Assembly (NCBI RefSeq): GCF_963921235.1 | Contig: NC_086108.1 | Coordinates: 116,252,001 to 116,316,000 of the forward strand | Source of the DNA: Mobula hypostoma | Taxonomy: Eukaryota | Direction: 5' to 3' | DNA length: 64,000 nt | Part shown: piece by piece, positions 42,001 through 56,500 of the stretch | Position numbering within the stretch: the first letter of the stretch is position 1 | Layout of the letters: each line of letters begins with the position of its first letter | Translations under genes and position numbers: made by a program | The notes under the pieces: model-generated | What the model was told of the DNA's origin: nothing | The model's input: the letters and a program-made list of their open reading frames with translations, nothing else | Databases searched by the model: none

Positions 42001-45000
42001 GGTTTCAGAGACACTATGGGATGTGGGGTGATGGTGGGTTGGGTTTCAGAGACACACAGGGATGTGGGGTGATGGGTTCCAGAGACACCCAGGGATGTGG
42101 GGTGATGGGTTTCCAAGACACACAGGGTTGTGGTGTGATGCAGAGGTTCAGAGACACACAGGGATGTGTGGTGATGGGTTTCAGAGACACACAGGAATGT
42201 GGGGTGATGGATTTCAGAGAAACACAGGGATGTGGGGTGATGGAGGGTTTCAGAGACAACACAGTGATGTAGTGTGATGGGTTTCAGAGACATACAGGTA
42301 TGTGGGGTGATCGAGGTTTCAGAGACACAGGGATGTGGTGTGATGCTGGGTTTCAGAGACATACAGGGATGTGGGGTGATGGGTTTGAGACATACAGGGA
42401 TGTGGGTGATGGGATTCAGAGGCACAGAGGCATGTGGGGTGATGGGTTTCAGAGAAATACAGGGATGTGGGGTGATGGGTTTGAGACACACAGGGATGTG
42501 GGGTGATGGGTTTCACAGGCACACAGAGATGTGGGGTGATGGAGGGTTTCAGAGACACACAGGGATGTGGGGTCATGGGTTTCAGAGACACCCAGGGATG
42601 TGGGTGATGGGTTTCAGAGAAACACAGGTATGTAGGGTGATGGAGGGCTTCAGAGACAACACAGTGATGTAGTGTGATGGGTTTCAGAGACACACAGGGA
42701 TGTGGGGTGATGGTGGTTTTCAGAGACACACAGGGATGTGGGCAGATGGCGGGTTTCAGAAACACACAGGGATGTAGTGTGATGGGTTTCAGAGACACAC
42801 AGGGATGTGGGATGTTGGTGGGTTTCAGATACACCCAGGGATGTGGGGTGATGGTCGGTTTCAGAGACACACAGGGATGTGGCGTGATGGACAGTTTCAG
42901 AGACACACAGGGATGTGGGGTGATGGGTTTCAGAGACACTGTGGGATGTGGGGTGATGGTGGGTTTCAGAGACACTATGGGATGTGGGGTGATGGTGGGT
43001 TGGGTTTCAGAGACACACAGGGATGTGGGGTGATGGGTTCCAGAGACAGCCAGGGATGTGGGGTGATGGGTTTCAGAGACACACAGGGACGTGGGGTGAT
43101 GGGTTTCAGAGAAACACAGGGATGTGTAGTGATGGAGGGTTTCAGAGACAACACAGTGATGTAGTGTGATGGGTTTCAGAGACATACAGTATGTGGGGTG
43201 ATCGAGGTTTCAGAGACACACAGGGATGTGGGGTGATGCTGGGTTTCAGAGACATACAGGGATGTGGGGTGATCGTGGGTTTCAGAGACACACAGGGATG
43301 TGGGGTGATGGACAGTTTCCGAGACACACAGTGATGTGGGGTGATCGTGGGTTTCAGAGACACACAGGGATGTGGGGTGATGGGTTTGAGACATACAGGG
43401 ATGTGGGTGATGGGATTCAGAGGCACAGAGGGATGTGGGGTGATGGGTTTCAGAGAAATACAGGGATGTGGGGTGATGGAGGGTTTCAGAAACAGCACAG
43501 TGATGTAGTGTGATGGGTTTCAGAGACACACAGGGATGTGGGGTGATGGGTTTGAGACACACAGGGATGTGGGGTGATGGGTTTCACAGGCACACAGAGA
43601 TGTGGGGTGATGGAGGGTTTCAGAGACACACAGGGATGTGGGGTCATGGGTTTCAGAGACACCCAGGGATGTGGGGTGATGGGTTTCAGAGAAACACAGG
43701 TATGTAGGGTGATGGAGGGCTTCAGAGACAACACAGTGATGTAGTGTGATGGGTTTCAGAGACACACAGGGATGTGGGGTGATGGTGGGTTTCAGAGACA
43801 CACAGGGATGTGGGCAGATGGAGGGTTTCAGAAACACACAGGGATGTGGGGTGATGGGTTTCAGAGACACACAGGGATGTGGGGTGATGGTGGGTTTCAG
43901 AGACACAGAGGGATGTGGGGATGTGGGCAGATGGAGAGGTTTCAGAAACACACAGGGATGTAGTGTGATGGGTTTCAGAGACACACAGGGATGTGGGATG
44001 CTGGTGGGTTTCAGATACACCCAGGGATGTGGGGTGATGGTCGGTTTCAGAGACACACAGGGATGTGGGGTGATGTGTTTCAGAGACACACAGGAATGTG
44101 GGGTGGTGATTTCAGAGACACACAGGGATGTGGGGTGATGGGTTTCAGGGTCGCACAGGGATGTGGGGTGATGGGTTTCAGAGGCACACAGGGATGTGGG
44201 GTGATGGGTTTCAGAGACACACAGGGATGTGGTGAGATGGAGGGTTTCAGAGACACACAGGGATGTGTGGTGATGGTGGGTTTCAGAGATACACAGGGAT
44301 GTGGGGTGATGGGTTTCAGAGACACACAGCGATGTGGGATGTTGGTGGGTTTCAGATACACCTAGGGATGTGGGGTGATGGTCGGTTTCAGAGACACACA
44401 GGGATGTGGCGTGATGGACAGTTTCAGAGACACACAGGGATGTGGGGTGATGTGTTTCAGAGACACACAGGAATGTGGGGTGGTGATTTCAGAGACACAC
44501 AGGGATGTGGGGTGATGGGTTTCAGGGTCGCACAGGGATGTGGGGTGATGGGTTTCAGAGGCACACAGGGATGTGGGGTGATGGGTTTCAGAGACACACA
44601 GGGATGTGGTGAGATGGAGGGTTTCAGAGACACACAGGGATGTTGGGTGATGGTCGGTTTCAGAGTCACACAGGGATGTGGTGTGAAGCGTTTGAGACAC
44701 ACAGGGATGTGCGGTGATGGATTTCCGAGACACACAGTGATGTGGTGTGATCGTGGGTTTCAGAGACACACAGAGATGTGGGCTGATGGGTTTCAGAGAC
44801 ACACAGGGATGTGGGATGTTGGTGGGTTTCAGAGACACCCAATGATGTGGGTTGATGGTCGGTTTCAGAGACACACAGGGATGTGGGGTTATGGTGCGGT
44901 TCAGAGTCACACAGTGATGTGGGGTGATGGCGTTCAGAGACACACAGGGAAGTGGGGTGATGGAGAGTTTCAGAGGCACACAGGGATGTGGGGTGATGGG

Positions 45001-47400
45001 TTTCAGAGACACCCAGGGATGTGGGGTCATGGGTTTCAGAGACACACAGGGATGTGTGGTGATGGGTTTCAGAGAAACACAGGGATCTGGGGTGATGGAG
45101 GTTTTCAGAGACAACACAGTGATGTAGTGTGATGGGTTTCAGAGACACCCAGGGATGTTGGGTCATGGGTTTCAGAGACACACAGGGATGTGGGGTGATG
45201 GTGGTTTTCAGAGTCACACAGTGATGTGGGGTGATGGCGTTCAGAGACACACAGGGAAGTGGGGTGATGGAGAGTTTCAGAGGCACACAGGGATGTGGGG
45301 TGATGGGTTTCAGAGACACCCAGGGATGTGGGGTCATGGGTTTCAGAGACACACAGGGATGTGGGGTGATGGGTTTCAGAGAAACACAGGGATGTGGGGT
45401 GATGGAGGTTTTCAGAGACAACACAGTGATGTAGTGTGATGGGTTTCAGAGACAACCAGGGATGTTGGGTCATGGGTTTCAGAGACACACAGGGTTGTGG
45501 GGTGATGGAGAGGTTCAGAGACACACAGGGATGTGGGGTGATGGGTTTCAGAGAAACACAGGGATGTAGGGTGATGGACGGTTTCAGAGACAACACAGTG
45601 ATGTAGTGTGATGGGTTTCAGAGACATACAGGTATGTGGGGTGATGGAGGGTTTCAGAGACACACAGCGATATGGGGTGATGCTGGGTTTCAGAGACATA
45701 CAGGGATGTGGGGAGACAGACGGTTTCAGAGACACACAGGGATGTGGGGTGATGGTGGGTTTCAGAGACACTCAGGGATGTGGGATGATGGACAGTTTCC
45801 GAGACACACAGTGATGTGGTGTGATCGTGGGTTTCAGAGACGCACAGGGATGTGGGGTGATGGGTTTGAGACATACAGGGATGTGGGGTGATGGGTTTCA
45901 GAGGCACACAGGGATGTAGGGTGATGGGTTTCAGAGACACACTGGTATGTGGGGTTATGGTGGGTTTCAGAGACACACAGGGAAGTGGTGTGATGGAGGG
46001 TTTCAAAGACACTATGCGATGTGGGTTGATGGTGGGTTTCAGAGACACCCATTGATGTGTGGTGGTAGGTTTCAGAGACACACAGGGTTGTGGGTAATTG
46101 GGAGGTTCAGAGACACGCAGGGATGTGGGGTGATGGGTTTCCGAGAAATACAGGGATGCGGGGTGTTGGAGGGTTTCAGAGACAAAACAGTGATGTAGTG
46201 TGATGGGTTTCAGAGACATTCAGGGATGTGGGGTGATGGAGGGTTTCAGAGACACACAGGGATGTGAGGTGTTAGTGGGTTTCAGAGACACACAGGGATG
46301 TAGGGTGATGGTGGGTTTCAGAGATACACAGGGATGTTGGGTGATGGTGGGTTTCAGAGACACACAGGGATGTGGGGTGATGGGTTTCAGAGGCACACAG
46401 GGATGTGGGTTGATGACTTTCAGAGACACTATGGGATGTGGGGTGATGGTGGGTTGGGTTTCAGAGACACACAGGGATGTGGGGTGATGGGTTCCAGAGA
46501 CACATAGGGATGTGGGGTGATGTGTTTCCTAGACACACAGGGTTGTGGTGTGATGGAGAGGTTCAGAGACACACAGGGATGTGTGGTGATGGGTTTCAGA
46601 GACACACAGGGATGTGGGGTGATGGGTTTCAGAGAAACACAGGGATGTGGGGTGATGGAGGGTTTCAGAGACATACAGGTATGTTCGGTGATCGAGGTTT
46701 CAGAGACACACAGGGATGTGGGGTGATGCTGGGTTTCAGAGACATACAGGGATGTGGGGAGATGGAGGGTTTCAGAGACACACAGGGATGTGGTGTGATG
46801 CTGGATTTCAGAGACACAGGGATGTGGGGTGATGGTGGGTTTCAGAAACACAGAGGGATGTGGGGTGATGGGTTTCAAAGACACTCAGGGATGTGGGGTG
46901 ATGGACAGTTTCCGAGACACACAGTGATGTGGGGTGATCGTGCGTTTCAGAGAGGGATGTGGGGTGATGGGTTTGAGACACACAGGGATGTGGCGTGATG
47001 TGTTTCAGAGACACACAGGGATGTGGGGTAATGGGTTTCAGAGACACACAGCGATGTGGGATGATGGTCGGTTTCAAAGACACACAGCGATGTGGGGTGA
47101 TGGTGTGTTTCAGAGACACACAGGGATGTGGGTTTATGGTGGGTTTCAGAGACACACAGGGATATGGGGTTGTGGTTTTCAGAGACACACAGGGATGTGG
47201 GGTGTTCGTGGGTTTCAGAGATACACAGGGATGTGGGGTGATGGGTTTGAGACATACAGGGATGTGAGGTGTTGGTGGGTTTCAGAGACACACAGGGATG
47301 TGGGGTGATGGTTTTGAGACACACAGGGATGTGGGGTGGTGGTGTGTTTCAGAGACACGCAGGGATGTGGGGTGATGGAGGGTTTCAGAGACACGCAGGG
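33001..47400 (+). repeat. Array domain II: more diverged units
   Basis: Diagnostic variants are the +1 unit GACAACACAGTGATGTAGTGTGAT (first at ~33637), GGGAAGTGG, GACACGCAGG, GACACTATG and GGACAGTTTCCGAG. ORFs are generally shorter because there are more indels and stops. Boundaries are approximate. Confidence 0.75.
37206..40847 (+). repeat. Near-perfect tandem duplication of a 1821-bp block (37206-39026 / 39027-40847)
   Basis: ORF pairs 37438/39259, 38111/39932 and 38529/40350 all sit at offset 1821. I noticed only two substitutions by eye. Confidence 0.92.
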
Positions 47401-48849
47401 ATGTGGGGTGATGGAGGGTTTCAGAGACACACAGGGACGCGGGGTGATGGTGAATTTCAGAGGATGGAGGGTTTCAGAGACACACAGGGATGTGGGGTGA
47501 TGGTGGGTTTCATAGACACACAGGGATGTGGGGTGATGGTGTTTTTCCTAAACTGTGGGATGATGGTGGGATTCAGAGTCACACAGGGATGTGGGGTGAT
47601 GGCGTTCAGAGACACACAGGGATGTGAGGTGATGGGTTTCATAGACACACAGGGATGTGGGGTGATGGTGTTTTTCCTAAACACACAGGGATGCGGGGTG
47701 ATCAAGATTTTCAGAGACACACAGGGACGTGGGCATATGGAGGGTCTCAGAGACACACAGGGATGTGAGGTGATGGTGGGTTTCAGAGAAACACAGGGAT
47801 GTGGGGTGATGGGTTTCAGAGACACACAGGGATGTGAGGTGATGGGTTTCATAGACACACAGGGATGTGGGGTGATGGTGTTTTTCCTAAACACACAGGG
47901 ATGCGGGGTGATCAAGATTTTCAGAGACACACAGGGACGTGGGGTGATTGTGTGTTTCAGAGGCACCCAGGGATGTGGGGTGATGGGTTTCAGAGAAACA
48001 CAGGGATGTGGGGTGATGGTGGGTTTCAGAGACACACAGGGATGTGGGGTGATGGGTTTCAGAGACACACAGTGATGTGGGATGATGGTCAGTTTCAGAG
48101 ACACCCAGGGATGAGGGGTTATGGTGGGTTTCAGAGAAACACAGGGATGTGGGGTGATGGGTTTCTGTGTCACACAGGGATGTGTCATGATGGTGGGTTT
48201 CAGAGTCACTCACGGATGTGGGGTGATGGATTTCAGAGACACACAGGTATGTGAGGTGATGGGTTTCATAGACACACCGGGATGTGGGGTGATGGTGTTT
48301 TTCCGAGACACACAGGGATGCGGGGTTATCGAGATTTTCAGAGACACACAGGGACGTGGGATGATTGTGTGTTTCAGAGGCACCCAGGGATGTGGGGTGA
48401 TGGGTTTCAGAGAAACACAGGGATGTGGAGTGATGGTGGGTTTCAGAGACAGACAGGGATGTGGGGTGATGGGTTTCAGAGACACAAAGCGATGTGGGAT
48501 GATGGTCGGTTTCAGAGACACCCAGGGCTGTGGGGTTATGGTGGGGTTATGGTGGGTTTCAGAGAGACACAGGGATGTCGGGTGATGAGTTTCAGAGGCT
48601 CACTGGGGTGTGGGCTGATGGTGTGTTTCAGAGACACACAGGGATGTGGGGTGATGGTGGGTTTCAGAGTCACACAGGGATGGTGGGTGATGGCGTTCAG
48701 AGACACACAGGGATGTGGGGTGATGGTGGGTTTCAGAGACACACAGGGATGTGGGGTGATGGGTTTCAGAGACACACAGGGATGTGGTGTGATGGAGAGT
48801 TTCAGAGACACACAGGGATGTGGGATGATGGGTTTGAGAGACACACAGG

Positions 48850-51800
48850 GATGTGGGGTTATGGTGGGTTTCAGAGACACACAGGGATATGGGGTTCTGG
48901 GTTTCAGAGACACACAGGGATGTGGGGTGATGGAGAGTTTCAGAGACACTCAGGGATGTGGGGTGATGGGTTTCCGAGAAATACAGGGATGTGGGTTGGT
49001 GGTGGGTTTCAGAGACACACAGGGATGTGGGGTGATGGTGAGTTTCAGAGACACTCAGGGATGTGGGGTGATGGTGGGTTTCAGAGTCACACAGGGATGT
49101 GGGGTGAAGGCGTTCAGAGACACACAGGGATGTGGGGTGATGGTGGGTTTCAGAGACACACAGGGATGTGGGGTGATGGGTTTCAGCGACACACAGGGAT
49201 GTGGTGTGATGGAGAGTTTCAGAGACACACAGGGATGTGGGATGATGGGTTTCAGAGACACCCAGGGATGTGGGGTGATGGGTTTCAGAGACACACAGGG
49301 TTGTGGGGTGATGGAGAGGTTCAGAGACATACAGGGATGTGGGGTGATGGGTTTCAGAGACACACAGGGATGTGGGGTTATGCTGGGTTTCGGAGACACA
49401 CAGGGATATGGGGTTCTGGGTTTCAGAGACACACAGGGATGTGGGGTGATGGGTTTGAGACATACAGGGATGTGGGGTGATGGGTTTCGGAGACACACAG
49501 AGATGTGGGGTTATGCTGGGTTTCGGAGACACACAGGGATATGGGGTTCTGGGTTTCAGAGACACACAGGGATGTGGGGTGATGGGTTTGAGACATACAG
49601 GGATGTGGGGTGATGGGTTTCAGAGACACACAGGGATATGGGGTTCTGGGTTTCAGAGACACACAGGGATGTGGGGTGATGGTGAGTTTCAGAGATACAC
49701 AGGGATGTGGGGTGATGGGTTTCAGAGACACACAGGGATGTGGTGTGATGGAGAGTTTCAGAGACACACAGGGATGTGGGATGATGGGTTTCAGAGACAC
49801 CCAGGGATGTGGGGTGATGGGTTTCAGAGACACACAGGGTTGTGGGGTGATGGGTTTGAGACATACAGGGATGTGGGGTGATGGGTTTCAGAGACACACA
49901 GGGATATGGGGTTCTGGGTTTCAGAGACACACAGGGATGTGGGGTGATGGAGAGTTTCAGAGACACACAGGGATGTGGGGTGATGGGTTTCAGAGACACA
50001 CAGGGATGTGGTGTGATGGAGAGTTTCAGAGACACACAGGGATTTGGGATGATGGGTTTCAGAGACACCCAGGGATGTGGGGTGATGGAGAGTTTCAGAG
50101 ACACACAGGGATGTGGGGTGATGGGTTTCAGAGACACACAGGGTTGTGGGGTGATGGAGAGGTTCAGAGACATACAGGGATGTGGGGTGATGGGTTTCAG
50201 AGACACACAGGGATGTGGGGTGATGGATTTGAGACATACATGGATGTGGGGTGATGGGTTTCAGAGACACACAGGGATGTGGGGTGATGGGTTTGAGACA
50301 TACAGGGATGTGGGGTGATGGGTTTCAGAGACACACAGGGATATGGGGTTCGGGGTTTCAGAGACACACAGGGATGTGGGGTTATGGTGGGTTTCAGAGA
50401 GACACAGCGATGTGGGGTGATGAGTTTCAGAGACTCACTGGGGTGTGGGCTGATGGTGTGTTTCAGAGACACACAGGGATGTGGGGTGATGGTGGGTTTC
50501 AGAGTCACACAGGGATTTGGGGTGATGGGTTTCCTAGACACACAGGGATGTGGGGTTGTTGGTTTCAGAGACACCAAGGGATGTGGGGTGATGGTGGGTT
50601 TCAGAGACACACAGGGATGTCGGGTGATGGGTTTCAGAGACACACAGCGATGTGGGATGATGGTCGGTTTCAGAGACACCCAGGGATGTGGGGTGATGGT
50701 CGCTTTCAGAGACACAGAGTGATGTGGGGTTATGGTGCGTTTCAGAGAGACACAGGGATGTGGGGTGATGAGTTTCAGAGACTCACTGGGGTGTGGGCTG
50801 ATGGTGTGTTTCAGAGACACACAGGGATGTGGGGTGATGGCGTTCAGAGACATACAGGGATATGGGGTTATGGTGGGTTTCAGAGACACACTGGGATATG
50901 GGGTTCTGGGTTTCAGAGACACACAGGGATGTGGGGTGATGGAGAGTTTCAGAGACACTCAGGGATGTGGGGTGATGGGTTTCCGAGAAATACAGGGATG
51001 TGGGTTGGTGGTGGGTTTCAGAGACACACAGGGATGTGGGGTGATGGTGAGTTTCAGAGACACTCAGGGATGTGGGGTGATGGTGGGTTTCAGAGTCACA
51101 CAGGGATGTGGGGTGAAGGCGTTCAGAGACACACAGGGATGTGGGGTGATGGTGGGTTTCAGAGACACACAGGGATGTGGGGTGATGGGTTTCAGAGACA
51201 CACAGGGATGTGGTGTGATGGAGAGTTTCAGAGACACACAGGGATGTGGGATGATGGGTTTCAGAGACACCCAGGGATGTGGGGTGATGGGTTTCAGAGA
51301 CACACAGGGTTGTGGGGTGATGGAGAGGTTCAGAGACATACAGGGATGTGGGGTGATGGGTTTCAGAGACACACAGGGATGTGGGGTGATGGATTTGAGA
51401 CATACATGGATGTGGGGTGATGGGTTTCGGAGACACACAGAGATGTGGGGTTATGCTGGGTTTCGGAGACACACAGGGATATTGGGTTCTGGGTTTCAGA
51501 GACACACAGGGATGTGGGGTGATGGGTTTGAGACATACAGGGATGTGGGGTGATGGGTTTCAGAGACACACAGGGATATGGGGTTCTGGGTTTCAGAGAC
51601 ACACAGGGATGTGGGGTGATGGAGAGTTTCAGAGATACACAGGGATGTGGGGTGATGGGTTTCAGAGACACACAGGGATGTGGTGTGATGGAGAGTTTCA
51701 GAGACACACAGGGATGTGGGATGATGGGTTTCAGAGACACCCAGGGATGTGGGGTGATGGGTTTCAGAGACACACAGGGTTGTGGGGTGATGGGTTTGAG

Positions 51801-54800
51801 ACATACAGGGATGTGGGGTGATGGGTTTCAGAGACACACAGGGATATGGGGTTCTGGGTTTCAGAGACACACAGGGATGTGGGGTGATGGAGAGTTTCAG
51901 AGACACACAGGGATGTGGGGTGATGGGTTTCAGAGACACACAGGGATGTGGTGTGATGGAGAGTTTCAGAGACACACAGGGATTTGGGATGATGGGTTTC
52001 AGAGACACCCAGGGATGTGGGGTGATGGAGAGTTTCAGAGACACACAGGGATGTGGGGTGATGGGTTTCAGAGACACACAGGGTTGTGGGGTGACGGAGA
52101 GGTTCAGAGACATACAGGGATGTGGGGTGATGGGTTTCAGAGACACACAGGGATGTGGGGTGATGGATTTGAGACATACATGGATGTGGGGTGATGGGTT
52201 TCAGAGACACACAGGGATGTGGGGTGATGGGTTTGAGACATACAGGGATGTGGGGTGATGGGTTTCAGAGACACACAGGGATATGGGGTTCGGGGTTTCA
52301 GAGACACACAGGGATGTGGGGTTATGGTGGGTTTCAGAGAGACACAGCGATGTGGGGTGATGAGTTGCAGAGACTCACTGGGGTGTGGGTTGATGGTGTG
52401 TTTCAGAGACACACAGGGATGTGGGGTGATGGTGGGTTTCAGAGTCACACAGGGATTTGGGGTGATGGGTTTCCTAGACACACAGGGATGTGGGGTTGTT
52501 GGTTTCAGAGACACCAAGGGATGTGGGGTGATGGTGGGTTTCAGAGACACACAGGGATGTCGGGTGATGGGTTTCAGAGACACACAGCGATGTGGGATGA
52601 TGGTCGGTTTCAGAGACACCCAGGGATGTGGGGTGATGGTCGCTTTCAGAGACACAGAGTGACGTGGGGTTATGGTGCGTTTCAGAGAGACACAGGGATG
52701 TGGGGTGATGAGTTTCAGAGTCTCACTGGGGTGTGGGCTGATGGTGTGTTTCAGAGACACACAGGGATGTGGGGTGATGGCGTTCAGAGACATACAGGGA
52801 TGTGGGGTTATGGTGGGTTTCAGAGACACACAGGGATATGGGGTTCTGGGTTTCAGAGACACACAGGGATGTGGGGTGATGGAGAGTTTCAGAGACACTC
52901 AGGGATGTGGGGTGATGGGTTTCCGAGAAATACAGGGATGTGGGTTGGTGGTGGGTTTCAGAGACACACAGGGATGTGGGGTGATGGTGAGTTTCAGAGA
53001 CACTCAGGGATGTGGGGTGATGGACAATTTCCGCGACACACAGTTATGTGGTGTGATCGTGGGTTTCAGAGACACACAGGGATGTGGGGTGATGGGTTTG
53101 AGACATACAGGGATGTGGGGTGATGGGTTTCACAGGCATACAGAGATGTGGGGTGATGGAGGGTTTCAGAGACACACAGGGATGTGGGCAGATGGAGGGT
53201 TTCAGAGACACACTGGGATTGTGAGGTGATGGTGGGTTTCAGAGACACACAGGGATGTGGGCAGATGGAGGGTTTCAGAGACACACAGGGATGTGAGGTG
53301 ATCGTGGGTTTCAGAGAAACACAGGGATGTGGGGTGATGGTGGGTTTCAGAGACACACAGGGATGTGAGGTGATGGGTTTCAGTGACACACAGGGATGTG
53401 GGCATATGGAGGGTCTCAGAGACACACAGGGATGTGAGGTGATGGTGGGTTTCAGAGAAACACAGGGATGTGGGGTGATGGGTTTCAGAGACACACAGGG
53501 ATGTGAGGTGATGGGTTTCATAGACACACTGGGATGTGGGGTGATGGTGTTTTTCCTAAACACACAGGGATGCGGGGTGATCAAGATTTTCAGAGACACA
53601 CAGGGACGTGGGGTGATTGTGTGTTTCAGAGGCACCCAGGGATGTGGTGTGATGGGTTTCAGAGAAACACAGGGATGTGGGGTGATGGTGGGTTTCAGAG
53701 ACACACAGGGATGTGGGGTGATGGGTTTCAGAGACACACAGTGATGTGGGATGATGGTCAGTTTCAGAGACACCCAGGGATGAGGGGTTATGGTGGGTTT
53801 CAGAGAAACACAGGGATGTGGGGTGATGGGTTTCTGTGTCACACAGGGATGTGTCATGATGGTGGGTTTCAGAGTCACTCACGGATGTGGGGTGATGGAT
53901 TTCAGAGACACACAGGTATGTGAGGTGATGGGTTTCATAGACACACCGGGATGTGGGGTGATGGTGTTTTTCCGAGACACACAGGGATGCGGGGTTATCG
54001 AGATTTTCAGAGACACACAGGGACGTGGGATGATTGTGTGTTTCAGAGGCACCCAGGGATGTGGGGTGATGGGTTTCAGAGAAACACAGGGATGTGGAGT
54101 GATGGTGGGTTTCAGAGACACACAGGGATGTGGGGTGATGGGTTTCAGAGACACACAGCGATGTGGGATGATGGTCGGTTTCAGAGACACCCAGGGCTGT
54201 GGGGTTATGGTGGGGTTATGGTGGGTTTCAGAGAGACACAGGGATGTCGGGTGATGAGTTTCAGAGGCTCACTGGGGTGTGGGCTGATGGTGTGTTTCAG
54301 AGACACACAGGGATGTGGGGTGATGGTGGGTTTCAGAGTCACACAGGGATGGTGGGTGATGGCGTTCAGAGACACACAGGGATGTGGGGTGATGGTGGGT
54401 TTCAGAGACACACAGGGATGTGGGGTGATGGGTTTCAGAGACACACAGGGATGTGGTGTGATGGAGAGTTTCAGAGACACACAGGGATGTGGGATGATGG
54501 GTTTCAGAGACACACAGGAATGTGGTGTGATGGAGAGTTTCAGAGACACACAGGGATGTGGGATGATGGGTTTCAGAGACACCCAGGGATGTGGGGTGAT
54601 GGGTTTCAGAGACACACAGGGTTGTGGGGTAATGGAGAGGTTCAGAGACACCCAGGGATGTGGGGTGATGGTCGCTTTCAGAGACACAGAGTGATGTGGG
54701 GTTATGGTGCGTTTCAGAGAGACACAGGGATGTGGGGTGATGAGTTTCAGCGACTCACTGGGGTGTGGGCTGATGGTGTGTTTCAGAGACACACAGGGAT

Positions 54801-56500
54801 GTGGGGTGATGGCGTTCAGAGACATACAGGGATGTGGGGTTATGGTGGGTTTCAGAGACACACAGGGATATGGGGTTCTGGGTTTCAGAGACACACAGGG
54901 ATGTGGGGTGATGGAGAGTTTCAGAGACACTCAGGGATGTGGGGTGATGGGTTTCCGAGAAATACAGGGATGTGGGTTGGTGGTGGGTTTCAGAGACACA
55001 CAGGGATGTGGGGTGATGGTGAGTTTCAGAGACACACAGGGATGTGGGGTGATGGACAATTTCCGCGACACACAGTTATGTGGTGTGATCGTGGGTTTCA
55101 GAGACACACAGGGATGTGGGGTGATGGGTTTGAGACATACAGGGATGTGGGGTGATGGGTTTCACAGGCATACAGAGATGTGGGGTGATGGAGGGTTTCA
55201 GAGACACACAGGGATGTGGGCAGATGGAGGGTTTCAGAGACACACTGGGATTGTGAGGTGATGGTGGGTTTCAGAGACACACAGGGATGTGGGCAGATGG
55301 AGGGTTTCAGAGACACACAGGGATGTGAGGTGATCGTGGGTTTCAGAGAAACACAGGGATGTGGGGTGATGGTGGGTTTCAGAGACACACAGGGATGTGA
55401 GGTGATGGGTTTCAGTGACACACAGGGATGTGGGCATATGGAGGGTCTCAGAGACACACAGGGATGTGAGGTGATGGTGGGTTTCAGAGAAACACAGGGA
55501 TGTGGGGTGATGGGTTTCAGAGACACACAGGGATGTGAGGTGATGGGTTTCATAGACACACTGGGATGTGGGGTGATGGTGTTTTTCCTAAACACACAGG
55601 GATGCGGGGTGATCAAGATTTTCAGAGACACACAGGGACGTGGGGTGATTGTGTGTTTCAGAGGCACCCAGGGATGTGGTGTGATGGGTTTCAGAGAAAC
55701 ACAGGGATGTGGGGTGATGGTGGGTTTCAGAGACACACAGGGATGTGGGGTGATGGGTTTCAGAGACACACAGTGATGTGGGATGATGGTCAGTTTCAGA
55801 GACACCCAGGGATGAGGGGTTATGGTGGGTTTCAGAGAAACACAGGGATGTGGGGTGATGGGTTTCTGTGTCACACAGGGATGTGTCATGATGGTGGGTT
55901 TCAGAGTCACTCACGGATGTGGGGTGATGGATTTCAGAGACACACAGGTATGTGAGGTGATGGGTTTCATAGACACACCGGGATGTGGGGTGATGGTGTT
56001 TTTCCGAGACACACAGGGATGCGGGGTTATCGAGATTTTCAGAGACACACAGGGACGTGGGATGATTGTGTGTTTCAGAGGCACCCAGGGATGTGGGGTG
56101 ATGGGTTTCAGAGAAACACAGGGATGTGGAGTGATGGTGGGTTTCAGAGACACACAGGGATGTGGGGTGATGGGTTTCAGAGACACACAGCGATGTGGGA
56201 TGATGGTCGGTTTCAGAGACACCCAGGGCTGTGGGGTTATGGTGGGGTTATGGTGGGTTTCAGAGAGACACAGGGATGTCGGGTGATGAGTTTCAGAGGC
56301 TCACTGGGGTGTGGGCTGATGGTGTGTTTCAGAGACACACAGGGATGTGGGGTGATGGTGGGTTTCAGAGTCACACAGGGATGGTGGGTGATGGCGTTCA
56401 GAGACACACAGGGATGTGGGGTGATGGTGGGTTTCAGAGACACACAGGGATGTGGGGTGATGGGTTTCAGAGACACACAGGGATGTGGTGTGATGGAGAG
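48850..56500 (+). repeat. Chained ~2-kb duplications: ~49440-51060 = ~51380-53000 (offset 1940) and ~52620-54470 = ~54650-56500 (offset 2032)
   Basis: ORF pairs 49477/51417 and 50197/52137 (offset 1940), and 52672/54704, 53066/55098 and 54199/56231 (offset 2032). Confidence 0.88.
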
